Shown here: piece by piece, positions 26,358 through 40,300 of the stretch
Position numbering within the stretch: the first letter of the stretch is position 1
How the letters are laid out: each line of letters opens with the position of its first letter
Assembly: GCA_951406725.2 (NCBI GenBank)
Contig: OX597823.1
Span: forward strand, 55,676,001-55,740,000
Direction of reading: 5' to 3'
DNA from: Octopus vulgaris
Lineage: Eukaryota
DNA: 64,000 bases
Notes under the pieces: generated by a model
What the model was told of the DNA's origin: nothing
The model's database searches: none
The model's input: the letters and a program-made list of their open reading frames with translations, nothing else
Translations under genes and position numbers: made by a program

Positions 26358-26689
26358 GAAAAGAATAGTTCGAATATATTTCAAACAATAATAGCAATTA
26401 CTTCTTAGTTATGCACGTCAGCCGTTCGGTAGGAAGGTTTTCGAAACCCCAAATTTCGACGTGTTTGCAACAGTTTAATAATTCACATTTTCAGTGTAAA
26501 GCCAGTTTGTCTTGAAACAGCATATGAATATTATAATATAATATAATATAATATAATTAAATATAAAGGACATCTGATGGAATGACCGTAAGAGACATGT
26601 CTGTTTTGGGATAGCTTTTTTTAAAAATTGACTAGTGAGTTTTAATTTAAATGAATTATGTAGTTTGTTTTGAATGAGCTCGTAGTTGT

Positions 26690-27420
26690 TTACTTCGAAT
26701 GTGCTCGGAAAAGCGATCGATAAGGCGACGGCTCGTTTCCCAAGCGTAAAGCGCACTACAAAGTTTGCAGGTGATGCAGTATATGTAATTGGAAGTAAGG
26801 TAGCAGATGTTATGCAAGATATGGTACTGTGTCTTAGACCCGATGATGATTGCATTATTGTTGATGTAGGAACAGCTGTAACACTGTCACCGAACGCGCT
26901 TAAAAGGGCATCATTGTGTATGGCCACATGCTATAGACCTTTTGACTTGAGGTTAACAAGCTTGCTATCTTTCTTCAAAGCCAAGAGTGCAGCATTTGGA
27001 GGTTGCTAATTAGTGGGCGTTTCAGTGGGTGGAAAGATGGGTAGAAGATGAGAAAGAGTTGGATCTAGTCTGTAGGTGAGCATAGAGAGAGAAGATTGCC
27101 TGGGTACAAGTGATCGTGGTTACCTTCGATTTAAAAAGAAACTTCATCCGAATCAACGCTGCAGAGTCACCGATACCGAAAAAATTAAGACAACAATGTA
27201 GTAGATTTACTGTGCTTGAGATGAGAGGAAGAATAGCGAAAATAAGAGTGGGAATTAGTAAGCTTGTAGTAGAAGGATCTGGATAGGTGAAGTGAATATT
27301 GTTGATGGTAGTGGAGATATCGGGGAAAGTAATGGAAGTGTCAGATATGATAGAGGTTGATTCCAAGGTGAAGTGAAATCAGTCATTAAAAGAGATGAAC
27401 ATAAGTGGTGAGATGGTTGC
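26690..27420 (-). mobile_element. Neptune-type Penelope-like element fragment (RT thumb, Cys linker, GIY-YIG)
   Basis: Minus-strand frames: SITFPDIS; FYYKLTNSHSYFRYSSSHLKHSKS; FFRYR*LCS; CYSCSYIN...HNICYLTSNYIYCITCKLCSALYAWETSRRLIDRFSEH. Confidence 0.85.
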
Positions 27421-27770
27421 ACAGTCGTCTGAATAACGATCTCCTCACTCTCTCATCTAGTTTCCTTCTCTTAATGCTCACGTTGCTTCCCGTTCCCCAT
27501 CAGTTGCAGCAAGTCTTTCAAACACAGAGCATGTAGAATCTTTGCTGCATTTTCCTTTTATAATATTCCTTGTCATCTTAAGCAGTATAGCAGTATATCT
27601 GACATGAAAGAAATCATATCTGGGAAGCACAACACTAGCGCTAAGGCTGAATGTTCTCGGATGATATTTTAGTTCGCATCTCAAATCATGATCTCTACCT
27701 CTAAACTACTACATTCACTGGACTTACCCTTCTTTCTCTCATCCAAAATTTCACTCCCTTTCTCACTCCC

Positions 27771-27894
<124 letters not shown>

Positions 27895-28338
27895 ATGTGT
27901 GTGTGTATATATATATATATATATACATACATACATAAACTTACATGCATATGTGTGTGTGGATAATAAATCATCCAACTCTATACTTGATCAGTCCAGT
28001 TTTCATATTTTTATGGCTGCTTGGTCAACACCCAACCCTACCCCTCAGTGGTCATCTAATACCTCTTTCACCGGGCATTTGTTCATGCATGGCCACATTC
28101 TCTAGGAATAGGCTGTCATGATAGAATGTTGCATAACGACATCACTTTATTTTCAGGTTTTCAAACGTTGACCGAATTTCGTGGTTCACGGTTTTCCTAA
28201 CAGTTTCTCTCTTTACACTCTACCGAGTTCAATGATCTTTATATGGAACACGAAGTATCTTTCTATGGCCTTCCGACCCATGACATGCATATATATATAT
28301 ATATATATATGGAGAGAGAGAGAGAGAGACAGACAGAC

Positions 28339-28392
<54 letters not shown>

Positions 28393-28412
28393 ATAGATAG
28401 AAAGTTAGATAT

Positions 28413-28443
<31 letters not shown>

Positions 28444-28512
28444 GATACATAGATAGATAGATAAACAGATAGATAGATATTGGTATATATATATACATAC
28501 ATAATGTCCATA

Positions 28513-28559
<47 letters not shown>

Positions 28560-28810
28560 TATGTATGTATATATTTATGTATGTGTATACCTATATATAT
28601 ATACACATACATACATATATACATAAATATATATATATGCACATACATATATATACAGATATATATATGTATGTATGTATAAGTATATATGTATACATAT
28701 ATACTTATATATATGTACACCCACACACACACACACATACAACAGTGCGTTTGCTTAAATTCAGATACCTACACACATCAAGAAACCTGCACAAGCGCAT
28801 AATTACACAC

Positions 28811-28864
<54 letters not shown>

Positions 28865-29354
28865 CAGAAACAACAGCAGCAGCAACAGCCGTTGTACTGG
28901 CAGTAAACTGGTCCTAAGACGGTTTACCAGTGAATATCTGTCTGTCAATGGCGGTTCGTGTCGAAAAGTAATACGCGTTCACCATTTTTCTCGTGCGCTG
29001 CGTCGCATTTTCTGAGAGTTGCAGATGCAGTTGATGCAAGTTGGCTGCATTTTTGTCACTATGGCAACTATCTTCCACTTTGACATCTAGTTGTAATCGA
29101 ACTATCGATCTTCGCACTGTTTTATCTCTCCTTCGTAAAAATTACACGCGGGCGTGCACGCACACGAACGCGAGCATTCAATCGCGCTCGTGTGCTGATA
29201 CACATGTATTCACACGTACAGACACGCACACTCGTCGCATACCCAGGTACACTCATGCACAAACGCATACAGAGACAGAGAAATATTACCTGAATGCACA
29301 TACTGACGCACAAGTTTCCACGTGTGTGTATTTAATATGTAGTGAATTAAGGTG

Positions 29355-29413
<59 letters not shown>

Positions 29414-29562
29414 TTTGTCCAGGATAGAATTACACAGCCACACCAGGAAATGTATGAGGACATGAAATGTAAAAGCCGGACTAGACTATTTTATGCGCAA
29501 CTCCATTGTCTCCCGAGACAAAAAGGATGCCAAAATAAACAAATATTTCTAAATATGTAAAT

Positions 29563-29594
<32 letters not shown>

Positions 29595-30142
29595 AATATA
29601 TATATGAACAAACATACGTGCGAATGTATATATGTGTACCCGTATCGATTTTCTATCATTATTTATTTACCCATCCCCTTATCACTTTCTTAGTGTGTAT
29701 GTATCTCGCTCACTTACTCTCTATTTTTTCTTTCACTTTCACTACATATGCATATACAGAGAGGGAGAGAGAGAGAGGGAGAGAATAAGAGAGAGAGGGT
29801 CAGATAGATTGATGGATAGATAGTTAGACAAACATACGTACATATACAGATACAAACATACATACACATACATATGTGTGTGCGTGTATGTGAGTCTCTG
29901 TGTGTGCGCGTGCCATAGCGCATGGCCTAGTGGCAAAATTGTTGTAATCGAGGTTTCGATTTTCTGTCTAGCGATGCGTTGTGTATTTCAGCTTTCTGCA
30001 TTACACTCAACTTTAAACAGGTAACCCTAAGTGGGTAAGTTGGCCTGCTTGCCTAGCCAGTGTGGAGGATTCACTTTTAAGGTACAACAATGCGAAGAAG
30101 TGCATTATGATCAGCCGTGTATATAGCAATATCCGATAGTCT

Positions 30143-30527
30143 AGAAACGTTAGCACGCCGGGCGAAATGTTTAGCGGTATTTTGTCTGCCGTTACGTTCT
30201 GAGTTCAAATTCCGCCGAGGTCGACTTTGCCTTTCATCCTTTCGTGGTCGATTAATTAAGTACCAGTTACGCACTGGGGTCGATATAATCGACTTAATCC
30301 ATTTGTCTGTCCTTGTTTGTCCTCTCTGTGTTTATCACCTTGAGGGTAGTAAAGAAATAGGTATTTCGTCTGCCGTTACGTTCTGAGTTCAAATTCCGCC
30401 GAGGTCAACTTTGCCTTTCATCCTTTCGGGGTCGATAAATTAAGTACCAGTTACTCACTGGGGTCGATGTAATCGATTTAATCCATTTGTCTGTCCCGTC
30501 TATGTTTAGCCCCTTGTGGGCAATAGA
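30143..30527 (+). mobile_element. Family B SINE with head-truncated tandem second copy
   Basis: 30143-30350 and 30361-30527 both contain tctgccgttacgttctgagttcaaattccgccgaggtc..ctttgcctttcatcctttcg. Confidence 0.9.
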
Positions 30528-30557
30528 AAAATAAGTCTGGTTGATATGTAGATATAA

Positions 30558-30790
30558 AGTTTCTACTCTTTTACTTGTTCCAGTCATTTGACAAAGGCCA
30601 AGCTGGAGCACCGCCTTAAAGGGTTTCTGTCGAACAAATCGACACCAGGACTTATTATTCGTAAGCCTTGTACTTATTTTATCGGGGTTCTTTTGACGAA
30701 CCGCCTGCTTGCAGGGATATAAAAACACAAGCATCGGTTGTCGAGTGATGGTGGGAGGACAAACACACCAACACATACACACACACACAC
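30558..30790 (-). mobile_element. SINE family A, 3' half
   Basis: ctcttttacttgtt.cagtcatttgac...ggagcaccgcctt. Confidence 0.8.
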
Positions 30791-31012
30791 GCGCACACAC
30801 ACACACACACACACACACAAGTCTTTAACACACGTCCATGAAGAGATTTTTCTCTCAGACAAGACAGCTCGGTATCATGCCTTTCAGCGGTGTATGTACA
30901 CTTAATATGAGAAACAGGTGGCCATACGCACAAACGCGCGCGCGCAATGCATTCAGTCATATACACACACAAACACGCACTCACGTACAGACACACATAC
31001 ATACACACACAG

Positions 31013-31047
<35 letters not shown>

Positions 31048-31270
31048 AATTTAATTAGAGATTATGTTAACCTCATGAAAGGATGGTTTCATCCAAGAAA
31101 ATACTGGTTAAATACCTAATATCTTAGAGGGAAATGAATTTCCTTAAAATAATTGACATATATAAAAACATAGTTTATATTTATTTAAAAGAGGAAGAAA
31201 ATGGAGATTGGGAAGATAATTATTGTTTACTATTAACAGCAAATTGGTCATCTTCACTTACAGCCGTTTG

Positions 31271-31305
<35 letters not shown>

Positions 31306-31319
31306 AGAGAGAGAGAGAG

Positions 31320-31546
31320 AGTTAGAGAACAGAGAGTTCTAATGGATACAAATTAGTTTATTAATTAATCAACACATTAACCAACAATTGTTTTATTTCT
31401 CAAATAAGATTAAAATTACAGAAATGTATATTTTTATATATGTTTTGAAATTTTAATCTTATTTGAGAAATGAAACAATTGTTGGTTAATATGTTCATTA
31501 ATTAATGAATTGATTTGTATCCATATTTTTCTCTGTTTTCTAACTC
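31320..31546. mobile_element. AT-rich foldback, about 98-bp arms
   Basis: gagttagagaacagag..atggatacaaattagtt...tctcaaataagattaaaatt is mirrored by aattttaatcttatttgaga...tgtatccat..ctctgttttctaactc. Confidence 0.85.
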
Positions 31547-31715
31547 AATAAAAAATACTTGATATCTAACGACATTCTGTATAATATATTCATTGAAGGA
31601 TTATCTCTTCAAAATCTAATACATTAAACCTGTGTATCTTGGATAAATATCCCTATAAGTGGTTTTATTATCCTCATTGTTACTAATATATATATATGTT
31701 CACATATATCCATAA

Positions 31716-31986
31716 ATTGGTTTCAACTTTTAGTTCAAGACCAACAACTTCAGGGAGGAGATTAGACGATTACATCAACCCCATGCTTGACTGGTATTTA
31801 TTTTTTAGGGATGAGGACTATCTATTACATTAACCCCAGTGCTCAAGCAGTACTTATTTTATCGACCCCGATAGGATAAAACACAAAGTCAATCTCGCCG
31901 GCATTTGTACACAGAACGTAAAGACGGACGAAATGCCGCTAAGCTTTTTACCCGGGGTACGAACGATTCTGCCGGCTTGCCACTTT
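31716..31986 (-). mobile_element. Family B SINE
   Basis: ttttatcgaccccga.aggat..aaa..caaagtc...gacgaaatgccgctaag. Confidence 0.75.
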
Positions 31987-32269
31987 AACATGTATCCATA
32001 TATTATTCATAATTCTTGCTAGTTTATGTTTCCGGCAACACATGCGCAATGAGTTTTATTCCGTTGCTTCTAACAACTTCCGGTTCAGTGTTATACAAGC
32101 ACAGGAGTACACTGCAAACGTAGCTCTAAATACGGAAATATATACTGAAAAGCCCAACATAAATAAATAAAACAATCAATGATGTTAACGGAGGTTGTCT
32201 GATTATCGAATAAATTATGCAAACATAAAGTAAAACTGGATGTGCGCACGAGTTTAGTGTGTGTACGAG

Positions 32270-32316
<47 letters not shown>

Positions 32317-32487
32317 ATACTTTTATGTACATTCGCTACCCTAACCTGAACTGTCTCCTAATTTCTCAAAATGCATCACGACGGCACTTCGCGCAAGTTT
32401 TAACCTCTCCTGCTTTCACTGTCTGTTTCCATGTCCATCACGACGGCAGACGCTGCAATCTCACTCTCTATCTTTCCCTCTCGCTCT

Positions 32488-32520
<33 letters not shown>

Positions 32521-32754
32521 TCCTTCTCTCTCTCTTTCTCTCTCTCTCTTTCTCTCTCCCTCTCTTTGCCTCTCCCTCTCCAACGCGATGTCTTCAGTTT
32601 CCTTTGCACACGCACACACACATACATACATACATACATACATACATACATAGTATATACATGCATACATACATGCATGCATTCACACATGATGGCTTCA
32701 GCTCGATTTCGAGCGAAGTCATCGCTTGATTGTTGTTTTAAAAAACAGCACAGC

Positions 32755-33350
32755 TGCCTGTAGTAGTCGAGTGTCCATCATTGACAAGAACCAAACAAGG
32801 TCGAAATCATGTGATTTGGTGGTCTTCGAGCCCGAAGGTACCAAAGATTTATTTTCTCGCTAGCGATATATACAAGAGTGCATTTTGCACCAAAAAGCCA
32901 ATATGAGAGTTTCTCTCGTGCTAACAACCGCAGTATACTTTGTTCTAATGGTACATCCACATTTAGGTGGGGTTAAATATTACCTTTCGGCATTGATACT
33001 GCCCTTGTGGCTAATATATATTTCTGAACAAGCTCACTGGCTAATCATGGCACCAACGGTTATTCTGGTACTGTCAGTCTCTATGTCGCTGACGGGGAGA
33101 CGAATCACTACTGCCTCCAGCGATCGTGTATCCATATTTGATAAGACCAAACATGATCGAAATTACATGGTCTAGTGATCCAGGCGCGGAGGTAGCGAGA
33201 ATTAACTCCCCGCTAGTGATATAAACAAGAATGCATTTTGCACTGAAAAGCCAATTTAAGAGGTTCTCTCACGGTAACTACCGTAGTATAGTTTGTTCTT
33301 ATAGAACATCCACATTTACGAGGGGATAAATATTACCTCTTTATGATATA
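32755..33350 (+). repeat. Diverged tandem pair of a roughly 355-bp unit; dispersed family
   Basis: cgctag.gatata.acaaga.tgcattttgcac..aaaagccaat...acatccacattta occurs near 32860 and 33210; same family at 55030-55250. Confidence 0.8.
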
Positions 33351-34006
33351 ATGTATTCAATGATGGTAGCATGAAAATTTGGGGGAGAAAATTTGCCTAC
33401 TATTTCTTGCAGACCGAACGACAACGAACAAACTTCTCAATTGATTCCACGCACTGTTACAGTCAAGAAGTATTGAACTAACAAAGTATTGAACTAACCT
33501 TTATCCAATTTTACCAACTTACTATTGTGACATAGTTTTCTGTATAAGATGTACCATCAAAGCTCAACGCAAGTAAGCGTTTAGATGTCGTTTATAAGCA
33601 GATCTGTAAGTTATTAGGTAACTGATGCGATTTAATATTCTTTGATCAGAGAAGTGTTCATCAATGTGTGATCGAATTTATTCACTTTTAGGTGAGACCA
33701 GTGTGCCTTCCAACTCTTCTTCTGCTTACGTGAATTTATGCTGTTTATTTATATTTTTATTTATTACATTTATTTATTGGTGGATTAGTAGTAAAACAAG
33801 ACATACTGAGACTTAGATCAGACATATTGAAAGACATGACTATAGATAAATAAATGTAAATATTGGTGGGTGTGTGTGTATGTATCTGTCTATGTACATA
33901 TACATGCATACATAAATATACACATACACACTCATATGCATATGTACATACCGATGCACATACAAACACACACATGTATGCATATGTGTATATATACACA
34001 TGCACG

Positions 34007-34410
<404 letters not shown>

Positions 34411-34425
34411 CCACTGGTCCACTGC

Positions 34426-34689
34426 GGAGGCGCAATGGCCAAGTGGTGAGGGCAGCGGACTCGCGGTTTCGATTCCCAGACCGGGCGTTGTGTGTGTTTA
34501 TTGAGCGAAAACACCTAAAAGCTCCACGAGGCTCCGGCAGGGGGTGGTGATCCCTGCTGTACTCTTTCACCACTCTTTCTTCTGTTAGCCTGCTCTCTTA
34601 GCGAGCGGGGTGGCGTCGTTCGAAGGTTAAAAACAATGCGAACGCATTGTGACCAGCGATGTGTAGCAACATCTGATGGTCTGGTCGGT

Positions 34690-34696
<7 letters not shown>
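34426..34696 (+). mobile_element. tRNA-Arg-like headed SINE (family C)
   Basis: ggcgcaatggccaagtggt.agggcagcggactcgcgg..ttcgattcccagaccgggcgttgtg; homologous to 47232-47612 and 60267-60491. Confidence 0.88.
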
Positions 34697-34719
<23 letters not shown>

Positions 34720-34721
<2 letters not shown>

Positions 34722-34940
34722 TCTTTTATTCTCTTATTTGTTTCAGTCATTTGACTGCGGCCATGCTGGAGCACATCCTTTACTCGACTCCAGGACCTAT
34801 TCTTTTTAAGCCTAGTACTTATTCTATCAGTCTCTTTTGTCGAACCGTTAAGTTACAGGGACGTAAATACACCAATATCGGTTGTCAAGCGATTGTGGGG
34901 GCGGGGACAAACACAGGCACTAAGACACACACACATAAAT
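34720..34940 (-). mobile_element. SINE family A, 3' half
   Basis: tgtttcagtcatttgactgcggccatgctggagca. Confidence 0.85.
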
Positions 34941-35849
34941 AAACACACATGCGGATACACACACACACACAAGGAGAATTCGTCAATTTGATAGTGCTAC
35001 TTATTTGCAGAATGTGAGCGTGAATGATCGAGAGCTAAAAAGGTTGACCTTGGTCGCAGTGCAGTCCAGCCTAGTCCAGTTCAGACAATTCCACTCCATG
35101 CCACTGCAGTGGGGAGTTACTCGGTTCGAACCAGTGACATTTTCCTATTTGTGATGTGTGTCCTGTCGACGACGTCTCAACAATCTATGAATATCATTCG
35201 GTGGTAATATGGACAGTTTTTAAGACGATGTCTTTGTTTTGTGATTCTAAAAACAGACTTTCTCTTTTCTACAGTGGATTTGATTCGAAGTCATAACGTT
35301 TTCGAATCTCGTCATTCACTTCACTATTGGTAGTCTGATACCATAACATTCAAATGCAAGCAGCGCTGTCATATGAATAAATAATTCTTTATAATGATAA
35401 ATCATAGTTTCTAATCTTCGCGTAAGGCCTTACTTTCGGATGGCGAGCACTATCTTTCACACTGACCCTCAGTAGTTGCGTGGCACATATTTTATCGACC
35501 TCGGAAGTATGACAAAAATAAGTCAACCAAGAGCGATTTTTGAACTCATAGCTTTAAGCTAAATGAACAAATAAATAAACTACGAAAGGAAAAAGATGTT
35601 AACGTCAGCTGTCAGACAATGCAATCAATATGAAGAAATAAACGGACAGCTTCATTTCCGGTCGCTCGGTCCTGTTTAAGATAAAATATATCAACAAACA
35701 CGACTGATTTGTTAGTTATATTCAGTAGGTGAACAAGCCAACACTTAGACAAAGAAGAAACAGTAGATTATATATTATCAACATACATCAGTCGAATATG
35801 AAGCAAAGATATGATTATGATTATGATATTCTGGTGCATGCATATCGAG

Positions 35850-36015
35850 TAGGAGGCATGGCCGAATAGCTAATAAGCTTACTTCGCAATCTTGAGCTCT
35901 CGGTTCGATCCCACTGCATAGAACCACGAACAGGTGCTATCATCATAGCATGCAGTCGACACAGGCCTTGTGGGTGAAACTGAGTCGAGGGAAACTGCAT
36001 GGAAGCCCATCGGAT
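35850..36015 (+). mobile_element. Old SINE family A head
   Basis: ggcatggccg...ggttcgatcccactgc...ggaaactgcatggaagccc. Confidence 0.55.
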
Positions 36016-36526
36016 GAACTATACTTTAGATGCAAGCGTTGTCAAGCTGACGAAATATCTGTTAAATTCTCTGCCATTTACCCTAATGAGTTACGTAATT
36101 ATGTTGGCTGAACAACGGGAATGTTCATCGTCGAAACCGATGGAGGATCTTCTAATAATCAATGATATAAAGATGTGATAATTACGAACAGAATGGAAAG
36201 CATGCATTCTGGTTCATGGAATAAGCCGAAATAATATGAAACTAGAAAGACTCTGAAATACAGGTAGATATTGGAGATATAATAAGAAAATGATAAAATA
36301 AGAAAATTAACCAAAAAAATGATCTTTTTACGCAGTTTCCTTTTTAGCTCTACTAAGTACATTACATGTTTTCTCAAAACTCAATTAGCAACTCACTACA
36401 GAATTATATATATATATATATATATATATGCATGTATGTATGCATATGTGTGTATATTTATGCCTGTATATATATGTATATATATGTATGTATGTATGCA
36501 TATGTGTGTATATTTATGCCTATATA

Positions 36527-36562
<36 letters not shown>

Positions 36563-37114
36563 TGTATGTATGTAGGCAAGAGGAAATTTTTTTAAAGAAT
36601 GGGAAAAAAATCGGAAAAAATATATCTAAAGTCAATAAGACGTACACTGAGTATATTAGATTGATACGCGGTGAAAGTTTTAGATGGAAAAATAGGGGTG
36701 GAAGTTACGTTTCAAACTCGGTTGTATTCTATAAAATCCTCGTATTAGAGAAAAAAAGTAACGTTAGAAAAGCGTATAAAATGTTGTGATACGAAGATAT
36801 TATACATACGATACGGCGTATTATTAATATATGCCAGCGTAGTATAAAAGTACATTTGCTTGAATGCACAAAGGCAACTATAAGCGCACGCATATCTTTG
36901 AGAATGAGAGATAAAGAGACACGGGGGAGAGAGTGGGAGATAGAAGGTGAGGTAGATAAAGAACCATGATACGGGGATGGATAAACTGATAGGTATATCA
37001 GGAGGTAGGCATTTAGGTAGGTAGGTAGGTAGGTAGGTAGGTAGGTAGGTAGGTAGGTAGGTAAGTTAGGCAGGCAGATAGTAAGGAGGGAGGTAAGTAG
37101 ACTGATGATTAGGT

Positions 37115-37158
<44 letters not shown>

Positions 37159-37388
37159 GTAGATAGATAGGTAGATAAATAGATAGATAGACAGACAGAC
37201 AGGCAGGCAGGCAGACAGATAGATAGTAGTTTTATAAGCCAGGAGATATTCCTGTAGATAAGGTAGTGAGATAGATAGATATTTAGTTAACTAAATAGAT
37301 AGATTTATTGATTCATAGACATGTATGTTGATAGAGAAAAACAAATAGGCAAGCAGATAGAATAGATGAGTAGGAAAAGAAATAATAG

Positions 37389-37423
<35 letters not shown>

Positions 37424-37739
37424 GGGACTGATACATGAACTGACAAAGAGACAAAGAACGAGAGAGAGAGAGAGAGAGACTTATGTAGTAAGTCAAGTTA
37501 AGGTATCAGCATTTCATGCGTGCAATATCGATACGTGTCATCTAGTAAAAATCACCGTTGTACAACAGTGCAGTTCTATATAACCGCGTTGTGGAGTCAT
37601 TTATGTGTTGTGTAGTGTGTAGTGTGCAGTGAATGTGAATAGTGTTGTGTGCTGTGTGTTCTGCAGCAACATATAGCAATGTAATAATGTTTGTAAAAAG
37701 AACATTCTACAGATATCCTTTTTAGATTCGACAATCTAT

Positions 37740-37983
<244 letters not shown>

Positions 37984-38214
37984 TATAATATGTGTGTATG
38001 TGTGTATGTATGTATGTATGTGATTAGACAAACTTTGTTGAATGGAGAAATTAGCTTAACCTCAATGTTGGGAAAAGTTTAACATTCCACATTGATGAGT
38101 CATGCTGAGAACACTCAATTTCAGCTTCCATCGATAATAATACACCCACCTTACCTTCTATATTTCTCTCCCACCTTACCCCTCGACACACACACACACA
38201 CCAGCTACCCTGTA

Positions 38215-38249
<35 letters not shown>

Positions 38250-38964
38250 TCTACATCTATCGCTCTCTCTCTCTCTGTCTTTCTCTCTCCATATGTTCTT
38301 TGTTGGCTCTATCTTTTTGTTTTATATACCATCACTTCTCGTCTGTTATATACCTTCACTTCTTACCTCCTCCTTCTTCTCTCCCACTTCCCTTCACTGC
38401 CAATCATTCTTCCTTTGCTTTTGGTTTTCTTCCATTTGTTTTCTTTCTTTCTTTCTTTCTTTCTTTCTTTAATCCCCAACGCAACACAGCTATCGCCACA
38501 GACACTACGATCATCAATCAACATGGCTACACTTGGAGTCTCCACTTGTGCATAGCTGACCTGGTTTCGATTCTCAAATGAATAGGTTTAATTTTTTTTT
38601 TTTTTTTTATTAAAGATTTTTTTTTTTCAAATTCATTTTCAGTTCAACATACATTTTATTAATTTCATCCATTTTATTAATTGGCTTCAATAAGACGAAG
38701 AGATAGGGGAGGGGGTGTCGTGAAAACTGCGGAAGAGGTGGGATGAGAGTTGCTACTTTTCTGGGTTTTGTTTTGTTTTTTTGTTTTTTTTAAATTTTTG
38801 TTGGTGTGTTTAGTTTTAGGTCAGCTGAGATTTAGGGAAATTGGTGTTTACATGAAAATAACGGGTGTCATGTTCAGTTTGAAGCGTTAAAATGATTAAG
38901 CATAACATGCAATGCATACACATACATGGACATACGCGTCCGCGCAAGCACAGACACGCGCGTA

Positions 38965-39000
<36 letters not shown>

Positions 39001-39003
39001 CTC

Positions 39004-39230
39004 TTTGCTCTCTCTTTCACTCTTTTACTTGTTTCAGTCATTTGACTGCGGCCATGCTGGAGCACCGCCTTTAATCGAGCAACTCGACCCCGGGACTTAT
39101 TCTTTTGTAAGCCCAGTACTTATTCTATCGGTCTCTTGTGCCGAACCGCTAAGTAACGGGGACATAAACGCACCAGCACCGGTTGTGAAGCAATGCTAGG
39201 GGGACAAACACAGCCACACAAACACACACA

Positions 39231-39279
<49 letters not shown>

Positions 39280-39443
39280 ATATATACGACGGGCTTCTTT
39301 CAGTTTCCGTCTACCAAATCCACTCATAAAGCTTTGGTCGGCCCGAGGCTATAGTAGAAGACACTTGCCGAAGGTGCCACACAGTGGGACTGAACCCGGA
39401 ACCATGTGGTTGGTAAACAAGCTACTTACCACACAGCCACTCA
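39004..39443 (-). mobile_element. SINE family A, full length, well preserved (CORE-like)
   Basis: Minus strand: tRNA-like head gagtggctgtgtggtaagtagcttg...ggttccgggttcagtcccac, CORE-like gtggcaccttcggcaagtgtctt, internal TA/TG tract, 3' part. Confidence 0.92.
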
Positions 39444-39639
39444 TATATTTATATGTTTGCGTGTGTGTGTGTGTGTATGTGTGTGTGTGTGTGGAATATG
39501 TGTGTGTGTGTGCAGTGTATATATGCATGTATATAAATATTTACATACGGAAACGTGCGCGCGCATAGTCAGAGCATGCGCGTTTATACACGCACGAAAA
39601 GTAGTACTCAATACATCTATTATTTATACAGATCATCAT

Positions 39640-40300
39640 ATTAGTTACAAGAACTAGTCTCCTTTAAGTTGCTGATATAAAACCCTGAATAATCAAATAC
39701 TCTGAGTTATGGTACGTTAATACTTAGAGTGTGCATTACCAGTCTAGAACTCGATTCTTGCTAGGCATATCAATCTCCTGAAAACTGTTCAGAAACGTGC
39801 AACCAGACGAATACCTGTCATCAAGCATCTGCCATACTCTGAACATTTTACTTTCCTGGGCATGGACGCATTAAAGTTCCAATGGCTGACAACTGACCTG
39901 GTAGACACCCACAATATTATCCACCATCTTTCCAACAACAAAATTGGACACCATTTTGAATTTCATATATCTAACATTCGTGGACATGCTTACAAAATCA
40001 AAACAACACAACACCCATGACTTTTGGAAACATTTTTACACGATCAGTATAGCTGAAGCATGGAATCAACTACCTGCATCAGTTAGCGGTCATGACACTA
40101 CGGCCTTCAAAACTACCTCGCTTCCTGAAGTTCGCCAACAGTACACCTGATGCCCTCACACCCCATTTCTTCTGAGTTTTTTTTAAGACATTTTCATTGT
40201 TCACTTCCTGTACTTATTCTATGTGCTATTCATGCAGCCTTGGTTACTTTTTCTGATGAGTCGTAGTGCACCTGAGCACTGCATATAATAAATTCATTAT
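39640..40300 (+). pseudogene. CR1/L2-group LINE 3' end
   Basis: LLKTVQKRATRRIP..KHLPYSE, NIRGHAYK, HDFWKHFYTISIAEAWNQLPASV, then a 3' UTR ending in aataaattcattatt. Confidence 0.8.

Noticed and set aside
26475-27009. 150-aa and 107-aa ORFs as host genes
   Set aside because: Alternative or antisense frames of the Neptune-type PLE remnant.
28114-28285. TGTCATG...CATGACA segment as a solo LTR
   Set aside because: Only a 7-bp inverted match and no target-site duplication.
37570-37620. TATA box (ctatataa) as a core promoter
   Set aside because: The motif is common in AT-rich DNA and no downstream exon could be supported.
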